DNA from: Candidatus Multivoradales bacterium
Lineage (GTDB): Bacteria; Acidobacteriota; Thermoanaerobaculia; Multivoradales; J023
Direction: 5' to 3'
NCBI GenBank assembly: GCA_965248925.1
Contig: CBDFLE010000006.1
Coordinates: 4,032,001 to 4,096,000 of the forward strand
Length of the DNA: 64,000 nucleotides
Part shown: positions 1-9,524 of the stretch, in pieces
Layout: each line of letters opens with the position of its first letter
How positions within the stretch are numbered: position 1 is the stretch's first letter
Notes under the pieces: generated by a model
What the model was told of the DNA's origin: nothing
The model's input: only the letters and a program-made list of their open reading frames with translations
Databases searched by the model: none
Program-made: the position numbers and the translations under genes

Positions 1-2810
1 TTGACGGCACTGAGGCCGAAGCGGATGTAGCCGTGCTCGGCGTTTTGGGGTTCGTCCTGCGCTAGCACCGGGGTGAATCCGACCCCCGAAGTGTTGATTT
101 CCGGAGCCTGCACGGCCACCCCCACCCGGCCGCTGACGAAGGGCACTCGGCGGCATTCTTCGATGTACTTGACCACCTTGTCGGTGTTGACCGCTTCGTA
201 GGTCAGAACCGCGGCCATGTACTGCACCGGGAAGTAGGTCTTCAGGTAAGCGGTCTGGTAGGCGACGATGGCGTAGCCTGAGGAGTGGCTCTTATTGAAG
301 CCGTAGCCGGCGAATTTGAGAATCAGGTCGAAGAGGTTAGCGGCGTCTTTCTGCGACAGGCCTTTTTCTTGCGCGCCGCTCAAGAATTGGGCGCGATTGG
401 CGTTGATGATCATTTCTTTCTTTTTCGAGATCGCCTTGATCAGCGAGTAGGCGGCGCGCAGGGGAATGCCGCCGAGCTCGTGGACGATCTGCATCACTTG
501 CTCTTGGTAGACCATGATGCCGTAGGTCTCGGCGGTGAATTTGTCGACGATCTCATGTACCTTGGGCACTTCTTGGCGGCCGTGCTTGCGGGCGTTGTAG
601 TCGTCGATCAGCGCCATCGGACCGGGACGGTAAAGAGCGTTGGCGGCGATCAAATCTTCGATCCGGTCGGGGGCCATGGCGCGCAGCAGGCGGCGCATGC
701 CGTCGGATTCGAATTGGAAGACGCTGACTGTGTCGCCGCGGGCGAAGAGTTCGAGCACCCGCGGATCGTCGTAGTCCAGGCGATCGAGATCGAGGGGCTC
801 CCAACTTGCCGGGCGCTCGCCGGCGGGGTCAACGGCGGCGCGAATGGCTTCAGCGGGCAGGGTCTCGAACACCAGCTGGCGGGCGCGTTCGATGATCGAC
901 AGGGTGCGCAAGCCGAGGAAATCCATCTTCAGCAGGCCGACCCGTTCGCAGGTCGGGCCGTCCCACTGAGTGACCACGGTCTCGCGGTCTCCCTGCTTGT
1001 TGAGCGCCAGCGGCAGGATGTTCGACAGCTCCTGGTTGGCCAACACCACACCCGCGGCGTGGATCCCGGCGTGGCGCGCCAACCCTTCGAGATCGCGGGC
1101 GGTGTCGAGCCAGCGGCGGGTGTCGTCGTTGCCTTCGTAGGCTTGGCGCAGATCGTCGCTCTGTTCGAGGGACTCGTCGAGGGTGATGTTGAGCTGCTCG
1201 GGGATCATCTTGCAGATCCGGTCGACTTCGCTCAGCGGTACGTTCATCACCCGCCCGACATCGCGAATCGCGGCCTTCGCCTTGAGCACGTTGAAGGTGA
1301 TGATCTGGGCTACCTTGCCGAGGCCTTCGGCGTCGTACTTCTGGCGCACGTAGTCGAGGATCTCGCCACGACCGTCCTGGCAGATGTCGATATCAATATC
1401 GGGATATTCTGAACGATCCGGGTCGGTGAAGCGCTCGAAGAGCAGGCCGTAATGCACCGGGCAGGCGTTCGACAGTCCCAGGCAATAGCCCACCATGGTG
1501 CCGACGCCGGAACCACGGGCCGAGGCGGGAAAGCCGCGGCGGCGCGCTTCCTGGACGAAGTCCCAGCAGATCAGGAAGTAGGAGGAAATGTCTTTGTCGC
1601 CCAGGATGCCGAGTTCGCGGTCGAGCCGGGCGCGGATCTCCTCGGTGATGCCTTCCTCGCCATAGCGCCACACCAGGCCAGCTTCCGCGAGGGCGCGCAG
1701 GGCCTCGTCACATTGTGCTTTGAGTTCTTCGGTCGACTCGCTGCCCTGGGTGCTGTCGTAGGGCAGCAGTTCGAAGCGGGCGCAGAAGGCGTTGAACCAG
1801 GCATTGGAGCCGGCGACCAGGTCGGCGTCGTCTGCTTTGGCGGGATGGCGTTCGAGGCGCACCACCGGCGCGTGGTTCTGGTCCAGGTCGAGTTCTACAT
1901 TGCAACGCGCGGCGATCTTGACGGTGTTCTCAAGCGCTTCGTCGCCAGCGCCGTTGTCGCCGTAGCCGGCGAAGAGCTCGTACATCTCGGCCGGCGACTT
2001 GACGTAGAGGTCGGGTGGATACTTCAGCCGCTGCTCGTCCTCCTTGACCTTACCGGTGGAGATGCAGACCAAGGAGTCGTGACTGTCCCAGTCTTTGGCC
2101 AGCAGGAAGTGGGCGTCGTTGTCACAGACCAGCGGTAATTCGAGTTCGCGGGCCAGGCGAATCAGGTGCGGGTTGATCGCCTCTTGCTCATCGATGTGGC
2201 GTTGCAGCTCGATGAAGAAGCGAGGTTCGCCGGCGGCATTGAGGGTGAAGACCTCGGCGTGCCAGCGTGCTTCCGCCACTGCCTTCTGGTAGTGCTGCTC
2301 CTCTCCCGATTCGGCGAAAGCCGACAGGTGAAAGGCGATCGATGAACCCAGGTGACCGTTGATAGCGATCAACCCATCGCCCCAATCAGTTAGAGTCTGC
2401 TTGTCCATCCGTGGCTTGTAGTAGAAGCCGTGCAGGTAGGAGTCGGAGGATAGCTTGAGCAGGTTCTGCCAGCCGCGCTGGTTCTCCGCCAGCAGCACCA
2501 GGTGAAAGCCGCCGTCGGCGACGCCTGAGCGTTTTTTCAGCTTGCGGTCTGATTGCTGACCGCTGACGTCGGGGGCGACGTAGGCTTCGATGCCCAGAAT
2601 CGGTTTGATACCGGCTTTCTTGGCCTGCTGGTAGAAATGCACCGCGCCAAAGAGATTGCCGTGATCGGTGACCGCCACTGAGTCCATGCCCAGCTCGCCG
2701 ACTCGCTCGATCAAGCGCTCGATGCGGTTGGCGCCATCGAGCAGGCTGTACTGGCTGTGCAGGTGGAGATGGACGAAGGGCTGATCGACGGCTGCGGTGG
2801 CTTTCGACAT
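1..2810 (-). CDS. dnaE: DNA polymerase III alpha subunit (5' ~936 codons; runs off window start)
   Basis: Manual translation from ATG 2810: MSKATAAVDQPFVHLHLHSQYSLLDGAN...TDHGNLFG (PHP domain), ARGSG, LLFERF, PDIDID catalytic motif, KMDFLGL, FAGYGFNKSH. Missing from ORF track because its stop lies outside the window. Confidence 0.97.
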   Translation of the reverse strand, partial: MSKATAAVDQPFVHLHLHSQYSLLDGANRIERLIERVGELGMDSVAVTDHGNLFGAVHFYQQAKKAGIKPILGIEAYVAPDVSGQQSDRKLKKRSGVADGGFHLVLLAENQRGWQNLLKLSSDSYLHGFYYKPRMDKQTLTDWGDGLIAINGHLGSSIAFHLSAFAESGEEQHYQKAVAEARWHAEVFTLNAAGEPRFFIELQRHIDEQEAINPHLIRLARELELPLVCDNDAHFLLAKDWDSHDSLVCISTGKVKEDEQRLKYPPDLYVKSPAEMYELFAGYGDNGAGDEALENTVKIAARCNVELDLDQNHAPVVRLERHPAKADDADLVAGSNAWFNAFCARFELLPYDSTQGSESTEELKAQCDEALRALAEAGLVWRYGEEGITEEIRARLDRELGILGDKDISSYFLICWDFVQEARRRGFPASARGSGVGTMVGYCLGLSNACPVHYGLLFERFTDPDRSEYPDIDIDICQDGRGEILDYVRQKYDAEGLGKVAQIITFNVLKAKAAIRDVGRVMNVPLSEVDRICKMIPEQLNITLDESLEQSDDLRQAYEGNDDTRRWLDTARDLEGLARHAGIHAAGVVLANQELSNILPLALNKQGDRETVVTQWDGPTCERVGLLKMDFLGLRTLSIIERARQLVFETLPAEAIRAAVDPAGERPASWEPLDLDRLDYDDPRVLELFARGDTVSVFQFESDGMRRLLRAMAPDRIEDLIAANALYRPGPMALIDDYNARKHGRQEVPKVHEIVDKFTAETYGIMVYQEQVMQIVHELGGIPLRAAYSLIKAISKKKEMIINANRAQFLSGAQEKGLSQKDAANLFDLILKFAGYGFNKSHSSGYAIVAYQTAYLKTYFPVQYMAAVLTYEAVNTDKVVKYIEECRRVPFVSGRVGVAVQAPEINTSGVGFTPVLAQDEPQNAEHGYIRFGLSAV

Positions 2811-3017
2811 CGTCGCTGGGCTCCGTGCCGCTCGCTGAGCGGCGGTGATACTGAGTTCGAAACGTAAGTCTAGATTACCCCTAGTGCCATCGAGAATCCA
2901 CGCTCGGCGGCCCGGTTGGTAGAGAAAGTACGGTATTGGCAGGTGGACGCGGAGCGGCTGGCCGACGGATACTGGGTCCGTGATACCGCTTGGGTACCCT
3001 GGACCAGGAGACTACAG

Positions 3018-4004
3018 ATGTTGAAGACGCTGCGTGTTGGATGGGGCTGGATTGCTCTGGCTGCTTGCATTGTGATTTCCGGCCCGGCTTTGGCCGAGGA
3101 TCACCTGGCGTTTTACGGCGGGCCGCAAGGGGGGACATTTCAGTACTTCTCGAACGGCATGTCGATCCGCCTGTCGGCAGCGCTGCCGGAGGTTCAGATA
3201 TCAAATACCGCTTCGGCCGGCTCGCTCGAGAATCTACGCCGCATTGACTCGGGCGAGGCCGATTTCGCCATCGTCTACTCAGGCGACGCCTACCTCGGAA
3301 GGCAGGGGAAGCTGACCCGCGATCCCCGGCAGTACCGCAAGGTCCATGCCCTGGCCTTCCTCTACGGTGCGCCGGCGCATCTGGTGGTGCGGGCCGACAG
3401 CGGTATCGCCAAAGTCGAGGATCTGCTGGGCAAGCGGGTGGCGGTGGGGGGAGCCGGCTCAGGGGCAGCCAGTGCGGCGCAGCGCTATTTCACCGCCCTC
3501 GGGCTGTGGGATGGCATCGAGGTCGAGTTTCTCGGTTATAGCAAGGCCGCGTCGGCGATGGGTGACCGCCTGGTTGACGCTTTCTGGGTGCTCGCCGGCT
3601 TTCCCAATGCGTCGGTGATCCAGGCCGCGGCGAGCAATCCGGTGCGCTTGTTGGACTTAGCTGGCGCCGCTGAGCGCAGTGGGTTTCTTGCCAGCTATCC
3701 GTTTTACCAGCCGGTGGAGATTCCCGCGGGCACCTACCGCGGGGTCGAAGGGGAAGTGTTCTCGTTCCAGGATGCGGCGTTATGGGTGGCGCGTCAGGAT
3801 CTGCCGCCGCGGCAAGTTGCAGCGGCCTTGGCCGAGATCTTCTCCAAGCCGGGGCTGGCCTATATGGTCAAGGTCAAGAGCACCGCGCGGTCGATGTCGG
3901 TAGCGAGCGGATTGCACGGCATCGTCACGCCGCTCCACGTCGGTGCCGAGAGCTTCTGGCGGGCGCAAGGCTTGCAGCCTGAAGCGGAGCACTTGGACCG
4001 TTGA
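3018..4004 (+). CDS. TAXI-family TRAP transporter solute-binding subunit
   Basis: AGGAG RBS at 3006-3010 before ATG 3018; signal peptide; GGPQGGTFQ, SAGSLENLRRI, DLLGKRVAVGGAGSG, IPAGTYRG, PLHVGA motifs typical of TAXI receptors. Confidence 0.92.
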   Translation: MLKTLRVGWGWIALAACIVISGPALAEDHLAFYGGPQGGTFQYFSNGMSIRLSAALPEVQISNTASAGSLENLRRIDSGEADFAIVYSGDAYLGRQGKLTRDPRQYRKVHALAFLYGAPAHLVVRADSGIAKVEDLLGKRVAVGGAGSGAASAAQRYFTALGLWDGIEVEFLGYSKAASAMGDRLVDAFWVLAGFPNASVIQAAASNPVRLLDLAGAAERSGFLASYPFYQPVEIPAGTYRGVEGEVFSFQDAALWVARQDLPPRQVAAALAEIFSKPGLAYMVKVKSTARSMSVASGLHGIVTPLHVGAESFWRAQGLQPEAEHLDR

Positions 4005-6181
4005 CCGACCCGCAGCTGCCGAGTCGCACCGCACCTTTGGCCAACACGGCGGGTGCTTGCCGCAGTCTTTCCGCCCCCTGGCAGTGGCTGGTGGCGCTGC
4101 TCGGCGGCGGCATGGTGTTGTTCTACCTCTATGCCGCCGGGATCGCTTCGGTGGCGACGCAGTACCACCGAGGGGTCTACGTCGGCATCACCTACGTCTT
4201 GATCTTCTTGCTCTACCCGTCGCCGCCATGGCGCCGCGGGTTGCTGTCTCGCAGCACCGGCGAGGCGGTTGCGGCTGGCAGGCCGCGCAACCCGTCGCTG
4301 CTTGATGTGCTGTTGGCGGCGCTTTCAGGGCTGGTGGTCTGGTACTGGATCCACGAGTTTGAGAATCTCAACTACCGCGCCGGGGCGGAGACCGAACTCG
4401 ACGCGCTGGTGTCGATTGTTGGCGTCTTTCTGTCGCTCGAGGTTTGCCGCCGGGTGCTGGGTTGGGCGATGGCTTCGATCGGTCTGGCGATGCTCGCCTA
4501 TGCCTACTGCGGTGCCTGGCTGCCGGGGCTGATCGCTCACCGTGGTTTTGGCATCGAGCGCCTGGCGACGGCTCTGTTCTTGACCACCAATGGGATTTTC
4601 GGGGTGATGGCCAACGTGCTGGCCACTTACGTCATCTTGTTCATTTTTTTTGGTGCTTTCTTGCACCAGAGCGGTGCTGGCCGCTTCTTCATCGATCTGC
4701 CGCTGGCCTTGGCCGGCCGTTCACGGGGAGGGCCGGCCAAAGTGGCGGTGTTCGCCTCGGCCCTCTTTGGTTCGGTGTCGGGCAGCGCCATCGCCAACAC
4801 CGTGTCGACCGGCGCCTTCACCATCCCGCTGATGAAACGGGCCGGATTCCGGCCCCATGTGGCGGCTGCCATCGAGCCGGCGGCTTCGATTGGCGGCATG
4901 TTCTTGCCACCGATCATGGGCGCTGGCGGCTTCTTGATGGCCGAACTCACCGAGACTCCCTATCTGCGGATCATGACTATCGCGCTGTTTCCGGCGCTGC
5001 TCTACTTTCTATCGGTGTTCTGCATGATCCACTTCGAGGCCTGCAAGCACAACATCGGTGGTACCACGGATTCTGAGCTGCCTCCCTGGACGACGGTGCT
5101 GGTCCGTGGTTGGTATTACGTTTTGCCGCTGGCGGTGATCACTGTCCTGATGATTCTTGGCCGCTCGCCGGGCTTCGCCGCTTTTTGGGCCTTGCTGTCG
5201 TGCGTCGGGGTCAGCTGGTTTCGCACCGACACGCGGATGGGGCCGCGGCAGATCTGGCTTGCCATCCAGACCGGTGCCCGCAACACCTTGATCATCGGTG
5301 CCACTCTAGGGGTGATCGGCATCATTGTCGGCACCATCTCGCTGACCGGTATCGGCTTGAAGTTCTCTACTCTGCTGATTTCCCTGGCTAGCGGCCGTTT
5401 GCTGCTGGCGATCCTGCTGATCGGCGTGGCTTCGCTGGTGCTCGGCATGGGGGTGCCGGTGACCGCTGCATATTTGATCACCGCGGTGTTGGCGGTGCCG
5501 CCTTTGCTCGATTTGGGAGTCGGCCTTTTGGCTGCCCACATGATCGTCTACTGGTTCAGTCAGGATTCAAATATCACTCCTCCGGTGTGTGTTGCTGCCT
5601 ATGCCGGCGCGGCGATTGCCGGCGCCGATCCTTGGCGCACTGGCTGGACGGCTTTCAAGTTTGCCAAGCTGCTCTACGTGATGCCGCCGCTCTTTGCCTT
5701 GGTGCCAGCGATTCTTCTCCAGGGCCAGCTCTTGCTGGCGCCGCCGATGAATGACCAGGTGGTCGGTGGTTTGATCACCGAGCTGCGCCTGGCCACCGGG
5801 GATCGGCTGGAGGCGGGACAGGCTTACGCCGTTGTACTCGACGGTGAGGAATTACGCGAGCTCAGGGCCGAGCACGGGGGAACGGTGTCGGCCTTGCCGT
5901 TCAGCGGTGGCGAGCAGATCGAGGGCGGGGCGGTGATGGTCGAACTTCGCGCCCAGCCGGCTCGGGTGCTGCTGGTGATGCTCTCCGCCGTGTCCGGAAC
6001 GGTCGCGTTTTCGGCCTTGAGTATGGGGTATTGGCGTCGGCGAACCCGCTGGTCAGAGTGGCTGTTGTTGGCCGCCGCCACTCTATTGCTCTTCTGGCCG
6101 AGCTGGACTAGTGGCGTGCTCGGCCTGCTAGTGGTGGCGGTCGTGGAGTGGTTGCAGCGGCGGCGAACGAGTCACGCATGA
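4001..6181 (+). CDS. TRAP transporter fused 4TM/12TM permease (TAXI-associated) with inserted biotinyl/lipoyl-like domain
   Basis: Overlaps TAXI stop; GGPAKVAVFASALFGSVSGSAIAN, TIPLMKRAGF, LGMGVPVTAAY, SNITPPVC motifs; many TM segments. Confidence 0.93.
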   Translation: MTDPQLPSRTAPLANTAGACRSLSAPWQWLVALLGGGMVLFYLYAAGIASVATQYHRGVYVGITYVLIFLLYPSPPWRRGLLSRSTGEAVAAGRPRNPSLLDVLLAALSGLVVWYWIHEFENLNYRAGAETELDALVSIVGVFLSLEVCRRVLGWAMASIGLAMLAYAYCGAWLPGLIAHRGFGIERLATALFLTTNGIFGVMANVLATYVILFIFFGAFLHQSGAGRFFIDLPLALAGRSRGGPAKVAVFASALFGSVSGSAIANTVSTGAFTIPLMKRAGFRPHVAAAIEPAASIGGMFLPPIMGAGGFLMAELTETPYLRIMTIALFPALLYFLSVFCMIHFEACKHNIGGTTDSELPPWTTVLVRGWYYVLPLAVITVLMILGRSPGFAAFWALLSCVGVSWFRTDTRMGPRQIWLAIQTGARNTLIIGATLGVIGIIVGTISLTGIGLKFSTLLISLASGRLLLAILLIGVASLVLGMGVPVTAAYLITAVLAVPPLLDLGVGLLAAHMIVYWFSQDSNITPPVCVAAYAGAAIAGADPWRTGWTAFKFAKLLYVMPPLFALVPAILLQGQLLLAPPMNDQVVGGLITELRLATGDRLEAGQAYAVVLDGEELRELRAEHGGTVSALPFSGGEQIEGGAVMVELRAQPARVLLVMLSAVSGTVAFSALSMGYWRRRTRWSEWLLLAAATLLLFWPSWTSGVLGLLVVAVVEWLQRRRTSHA

Positions 6182-6211
6182 GGCTTTGTTCGGTCGAACC
6201 AGGAGCATTCG

Positions 6212-8887
6212 ATGTTTGATTGGACTCGATCTCAGCGCACAGTGTTTTCTCGGCGTTTTTCGCTGGGGTTGCTATTGGCGATGGTTGCGCAGTTAGCCTT
6301 GCAGCTGTGGCTGGACCAGCCGCTGCAGACGCCGCAGGCACCCCGAGGGGTTGTTTCGTTCGAGCTTGCTGGAGATGGCCAACGGGCGGGCGAGATCATT
6401 GCGTCTTGGCGTCGTGGCCGACTCCTGGAAGGTGGTCCTTCGCGGCCCCGGCCAGAGTTGCAGATCTGGCTGGATTTTCCTTTTCTGGCGACCTACTCCA
6501 CCTTCTTGGCACTGCTCTGGTTGGCTTTGGCAGGGCGCTGGCGGCGGGCGGATTGGCGCTGGCCGGCGGTGCGGCGCTTGGCAGGAGTACTGGCGGCGGT
6601 GGGCATCGCTCAGTGGGTCGCTGGGGCGTTCGATCTGATCGAGAACATCGCTTTGCTGGGGCAACTCGGGGGTGGCACCAGTGACCAGCTGGCGGGACTT
6701 GCCCACTGGTGTGCGCGATGGAAGTTTGGTTTGCTCTTCGTCGGCTTGGGGTGGTTGCCGGTGGCCTGGCTGATCTACCGTCAATGCTCCTTTCCTATCT
6801 TGCAGCATTTGTATTTCTGCCGCTTTCCACTGCTTCTCGGGGCTCTTTTGGTGGCGCTAGGGCCGGTGGCGGTGTGGGGGCTACCCAATGTGTTGGGCAA
6901 TCTTTTCGTGTTGGTGGATGGAGAAGGGGCGTGTTCGGGATTCGTTACCGTCACTGCGCTGTCTCTGCTGATTGCGGCGACGGTGGTGCTCACCCTCGGC
7001 AGTGTGCTGCGCCATGGCCCGGAGCGCTTTCAGTTGGCGCGCCCTGAACTTCTGTTGCAGTGGCTCTCTGGGCATCGGGTACTGGTGTCGGTCCTGCTCT
7101 CACTGCCGGTGCCGATGACCGCGTGGTGGGCTTCAGGACGCTGCGCCGAAGGGCTGCTGGGAATGTTGATCGGTGGCGGCGTGGCGATGCTGGTCTTGCT
7201 GGTCGCAGACGTGCTGCAATATCAGCTGGGAAGCTCACGCACGCCAGCCGACGAAACCCTGCTGCCGCTGACCCGGCGGATCTACTCCAAGTTGCCGGGA
7301 TTACGCCGCGGCCATCACGATTTGATGGGCCGATTGGCGCCGGCTGATCCCACCCAGTTGTCGCCGATGCCGGGTTACCGCGATGCCGCGGGGCGGTTTT
7401 ATTCGGCCCATGTCAAATCGACGTTGTTCCTGTTGGTGACTTTGGCCTGCTACGGCTTGGGCTACGGTCTACTCAGCCCGGATCGTTCGCCGTCCTGGCG
7501 CATTCCAGCTCTGGCTTACCTGCTGATTGTCGTGCTGATGACTCTCTGGGTCTTACCCGGTGTGTCGTTCTTTGCTGATCGCTACCGCATTCCCACTCTG
7601 GTGGCACTAGTGCTGGCCTCGTTTGCGGTCAACTCGCTGTGGCGGGCCGACCATTTTTACTACCTGAGCCCGCGGGCCACGTCGCCGGCCGTGCTGACCC
7701 CGGCGATGGCCTATGACGCCGCTTTGCGACGGCTGGAGGGGGAGGTACCAGCGCGGCTGCCACCGCCGGTGGTGGTGGTGGCGACCAGTGGTGGTGGCAT
7801 CAGCGCCGCCCTGTGGACGACTCGGGTTCTGACCGGCCTAGACGAGGATCTCGGCGGAAGATTCGCCCCGGCCTTGTCGGCGATCAGCTCGGTTTCGGGG
7901 GGTAGTGTGGGCACGCTGTTCTATCTCGATGCTCTCGCCGCTGGCAGGGTGGAGGAGCACGAGAAGATACTCTCGGCTGCTGCTGCTGAGTCCCTCGATG
8001 CTGCGGTGTGGGGGGTGTCCTATCCCGATCTGTGGCGAGTGATTGCACCTTTTATCGCCCGCCCTGCTCTCGACCGCGGTTGGGCTTTGGAGCAGGCCTG
8101 GCGGCGTCGGCTGTACACCCCCAATGCGACCTTGGGCCGTTGGCGGGCGCGGGTTGCTGCGGGTGAGCTGCCAGTGGCGCTGATGAACGCCACCGTGGTC
8201 GAGACCGGTGAGCAGTTCTTGCTGACGCCGATCGATATTCCCACGGCTGGCGAGCAGGGTTGGGGTGCTCGATCGCTGTTCGCAGAGACCGCTGGCGATA
8301 TCGATCTAACCACGGCGGCTCGCTTGTCGGCAACCTTCCCCTGGCTCACTCCGGTGACTCGAGCCACCATCAAGCGGGGTAGCTTCGCGGTCGATAAGAG
8401 GCTCCTGGCCGACCATTTGGCCGACGGTGGTTACTTTGACAATTTTGGTGTTGTCTCAGCGATCCACTGGATCGAAAACTTGCTTGAGGACAAGGATCCG
8501 CGTCGCGCCGCCAGCCTGCGTCAGCGGGGAGTGGTGCTGATCCGGATTCGCGCCGGAGCGGACCCGCCCGTGCCAAGAACCGACTCTGGACCCGATTCGC
8601 GTAGCCGCCGAGGTTGGGTCCATGCCACCGTCGGTCCGGTGTTGACTATGGTCAAAGTGCGCACCTCCACCCAGTTGCTCCGCAATGATCTGGAAGTCGA
8701 TTTACTGGCCGAGAAGTGGCGAGCCTTGGGGGTGCCGTTCAAGAGCTTCCGCTTTCAGTTGCGGGCTCAGGCGCCCTTGTCGTGGAAGCTGACGGCGGTC
8801 GAGCAGGAGCGGATTCTCGCTAGTTGGGACGGGCCTGAGAACCGCCGTCAGCGCCGGCTGCTCAGCGCCGCTCTCACTACTCAGTGA
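6212..8887 (+). CDS. Polytopic membrane protein with C-terminal patatin/cPLA2-like phospholipase domain
   Basis: About 480 aa hydrophobic N-terminal region; then VVVATSGGGISAA (oxyanion), SSVSGGS (nucleophile) and LADGGYFDN (DGG Asp) motifs. Confidence 0.8.
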   Translation: MFDWTRSQRTVFSRRFSLGLLLAMVAQLALQLWLDQPLQTPQAPRGVVSFELAGDGQRAGEIIASWRRGRLLEGGPSRPRPELQIWLDFPFLATYSTFLALLWLALAGRWRRADWRWPAVRRLAGVLAAVGIAQWVAGAFDLIENIALLGQLGGGTSDQLAGLAHWCARWKFGLLFVGLGWLPVAWLIYRQCSFPILQHLYFCRFPLLLGALLVALGPVAVWGLPNVLGNLFVLVDGEGACSGFVTVTALSLLIAATVVLTLGSVLRHGPERFQLARPELLLQWLSGHRVLVSVLLSLPVPMTAWWASGRCAEGLLGMLIGGGVAMLVLLVADVLQYQLGSSRTPADETLLPLTRRIYSKLPGLRRGHHDLMGRLAPADPTQLSPMPGYRDAAGRFYSAHVKSTLFLLVTLACYGLGYGLLSPDRSPSWRIPALAYLLIVVLMTLWVLPGVSFFADRYRIPTLVALVLASFAVNSLWRADHFYYLSPRATSPAVLTPAMAYDAALRRLEGEVPARLPPPVVVVATSGGGISAALWTTRVLTGLDEDLGGRFAPALSAISSVSGGSVGTLFYLDALAAGRVEEHEKILSAAAAESLDAAVWGVSYPDLWRVIAPFIARPALDRGWALEQAWRRRLYTPNATLGRWRARVAAGELPVALMNATVVETGEQFLLTPIDIPTAGEQGWGARSLFAETAGDIDLTTAARLSATFPWLTPVTRATIKRGSFAVDKRLLADHLADGGYFDNFGVVSAIHWIENLLEDKDPRRAASLRQRGVVLIRIRAGADPPVPRTDSGPDSRSRRGWVHATVGPVLTMVKVRTSTQLLRNDLEVDLLAEKWRALGVPFKSFRFQLRAQAPLSWKLTAVEQERILASWDGPENRRQRRLLSAALTTQ

Positions 8888-8906
8888 GCGTAAGACAGGG
8901 CCAGGA

Positions 8907-8936
8907 GCAGTGCCTGATCGAGGGATTGGGCACTGC
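8907..8936. terminator. Stem-loop between convergent patatin and sodN genes
   Basis: GCAGTGCCTGATC-GAGG-GATTGGGCACTGC, 13-bp stem including G-U pairs on the + strand; no strong U-tract. Confidence 0.55.
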
Positions 8937-8948
8937 CCGAGGCTGGCT

Positions 8949-9410
8949 CTATTTGCCCAGGTAGGACTCTTTGAGCTGATCGATCAGATGATGCAGCTCG
9001 TGGGCATTCTCGGGATCAGCGGTCTGCTTGCACTTCATCGAGCTGACGATGATGTGGTGCAGCAACTCGAGATGGTGGGCGTATTTCTCTTGTCCGGCGG
9101 CGTCGTCCGCGGCGGCGGGTTTGATTCGCTGGGCAAGGAAATACTGGTGCGCAATCTCGCTGATTTTGTCGGCGTGATCTTCTTTGTTGTTGACCCAGCG
9201 CACCAGCTGGTTCAAGTTGGGGCTGGCTTCTTTGCCCAGTTTGGCCATCTCATTCATCGATTTCTCGATCGTCGTCACATGCTCGTACATGGCGGCGAAG
9301 CGTGCCGCATCATCATAGATGCCGCAGGGGATCTGGCAGTGGGCGAAGACCTGTGGCGCGGCGACCGCCAGCAGCAATGCAGCCAACAAGATGACTCGCG
9401 TGCTCTTCAT
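8949..9410 (-). CDS. sodN: Nickel superoxide dismutase precursor with signal peptide
   Basis: Nickel-hook HCQIPCGIYD directly after hydrophobic leader MKSTRVILLAALLLAVAAPQVFA; NQLVRWVNNKEDHA, YFLAQRIKP; GGAGGA RBS. Confidence 0.93.
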   Translation of the reverse strand: MKSTRVILLAALLLAVAAPQVFAHCQIPCGIYDDAARFAAMYEHVTTIEKSMNEMAKLGKEASPNLNQLVRWVNNKEDHADKISEIAHQYFLAQRIKPAAADDAAGQEKYAHHLELLHHIIVSSMKCKQTADPENAHELHHLIDQLKESYLGK

Positions 9411-9437
9411 GGAGAGTCCTCCTCGGTTCGGTGAATT

Positions 9438-9449
9438 GAACAATTGTTC
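9438..9449. promoter_or_regulatory. Perfect palindrome GAACAATTGTTC, candidate repressor operator of sodN
   Basis: 12-bp palindrome between a minus-strand TAGGAT -10-like hexamer (9460-9465) and the sodN RBS. Confidence 0.4.
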
Positions 9450-9524
9450 TAAGGCACGGATCCTAGCACCGGCGGTGGGTGGCGGAACCGTGAGCGGCGG
9501 CTGTTGGCAAGGTATGATTCGGCA

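Noticed and set aside
281-312. Possible intein or split in dnaE
   Set aside because: FAGYGFNKSH, the usual DnaE intein site, is uninterrupted, and no intein motifs were noticed in the visible part.
285-2138. Long + strand ORFs 285-1412 and 1452-2138
   Set aside because: Antisense shadows of dnaE, typical of high-GC coding DNA.
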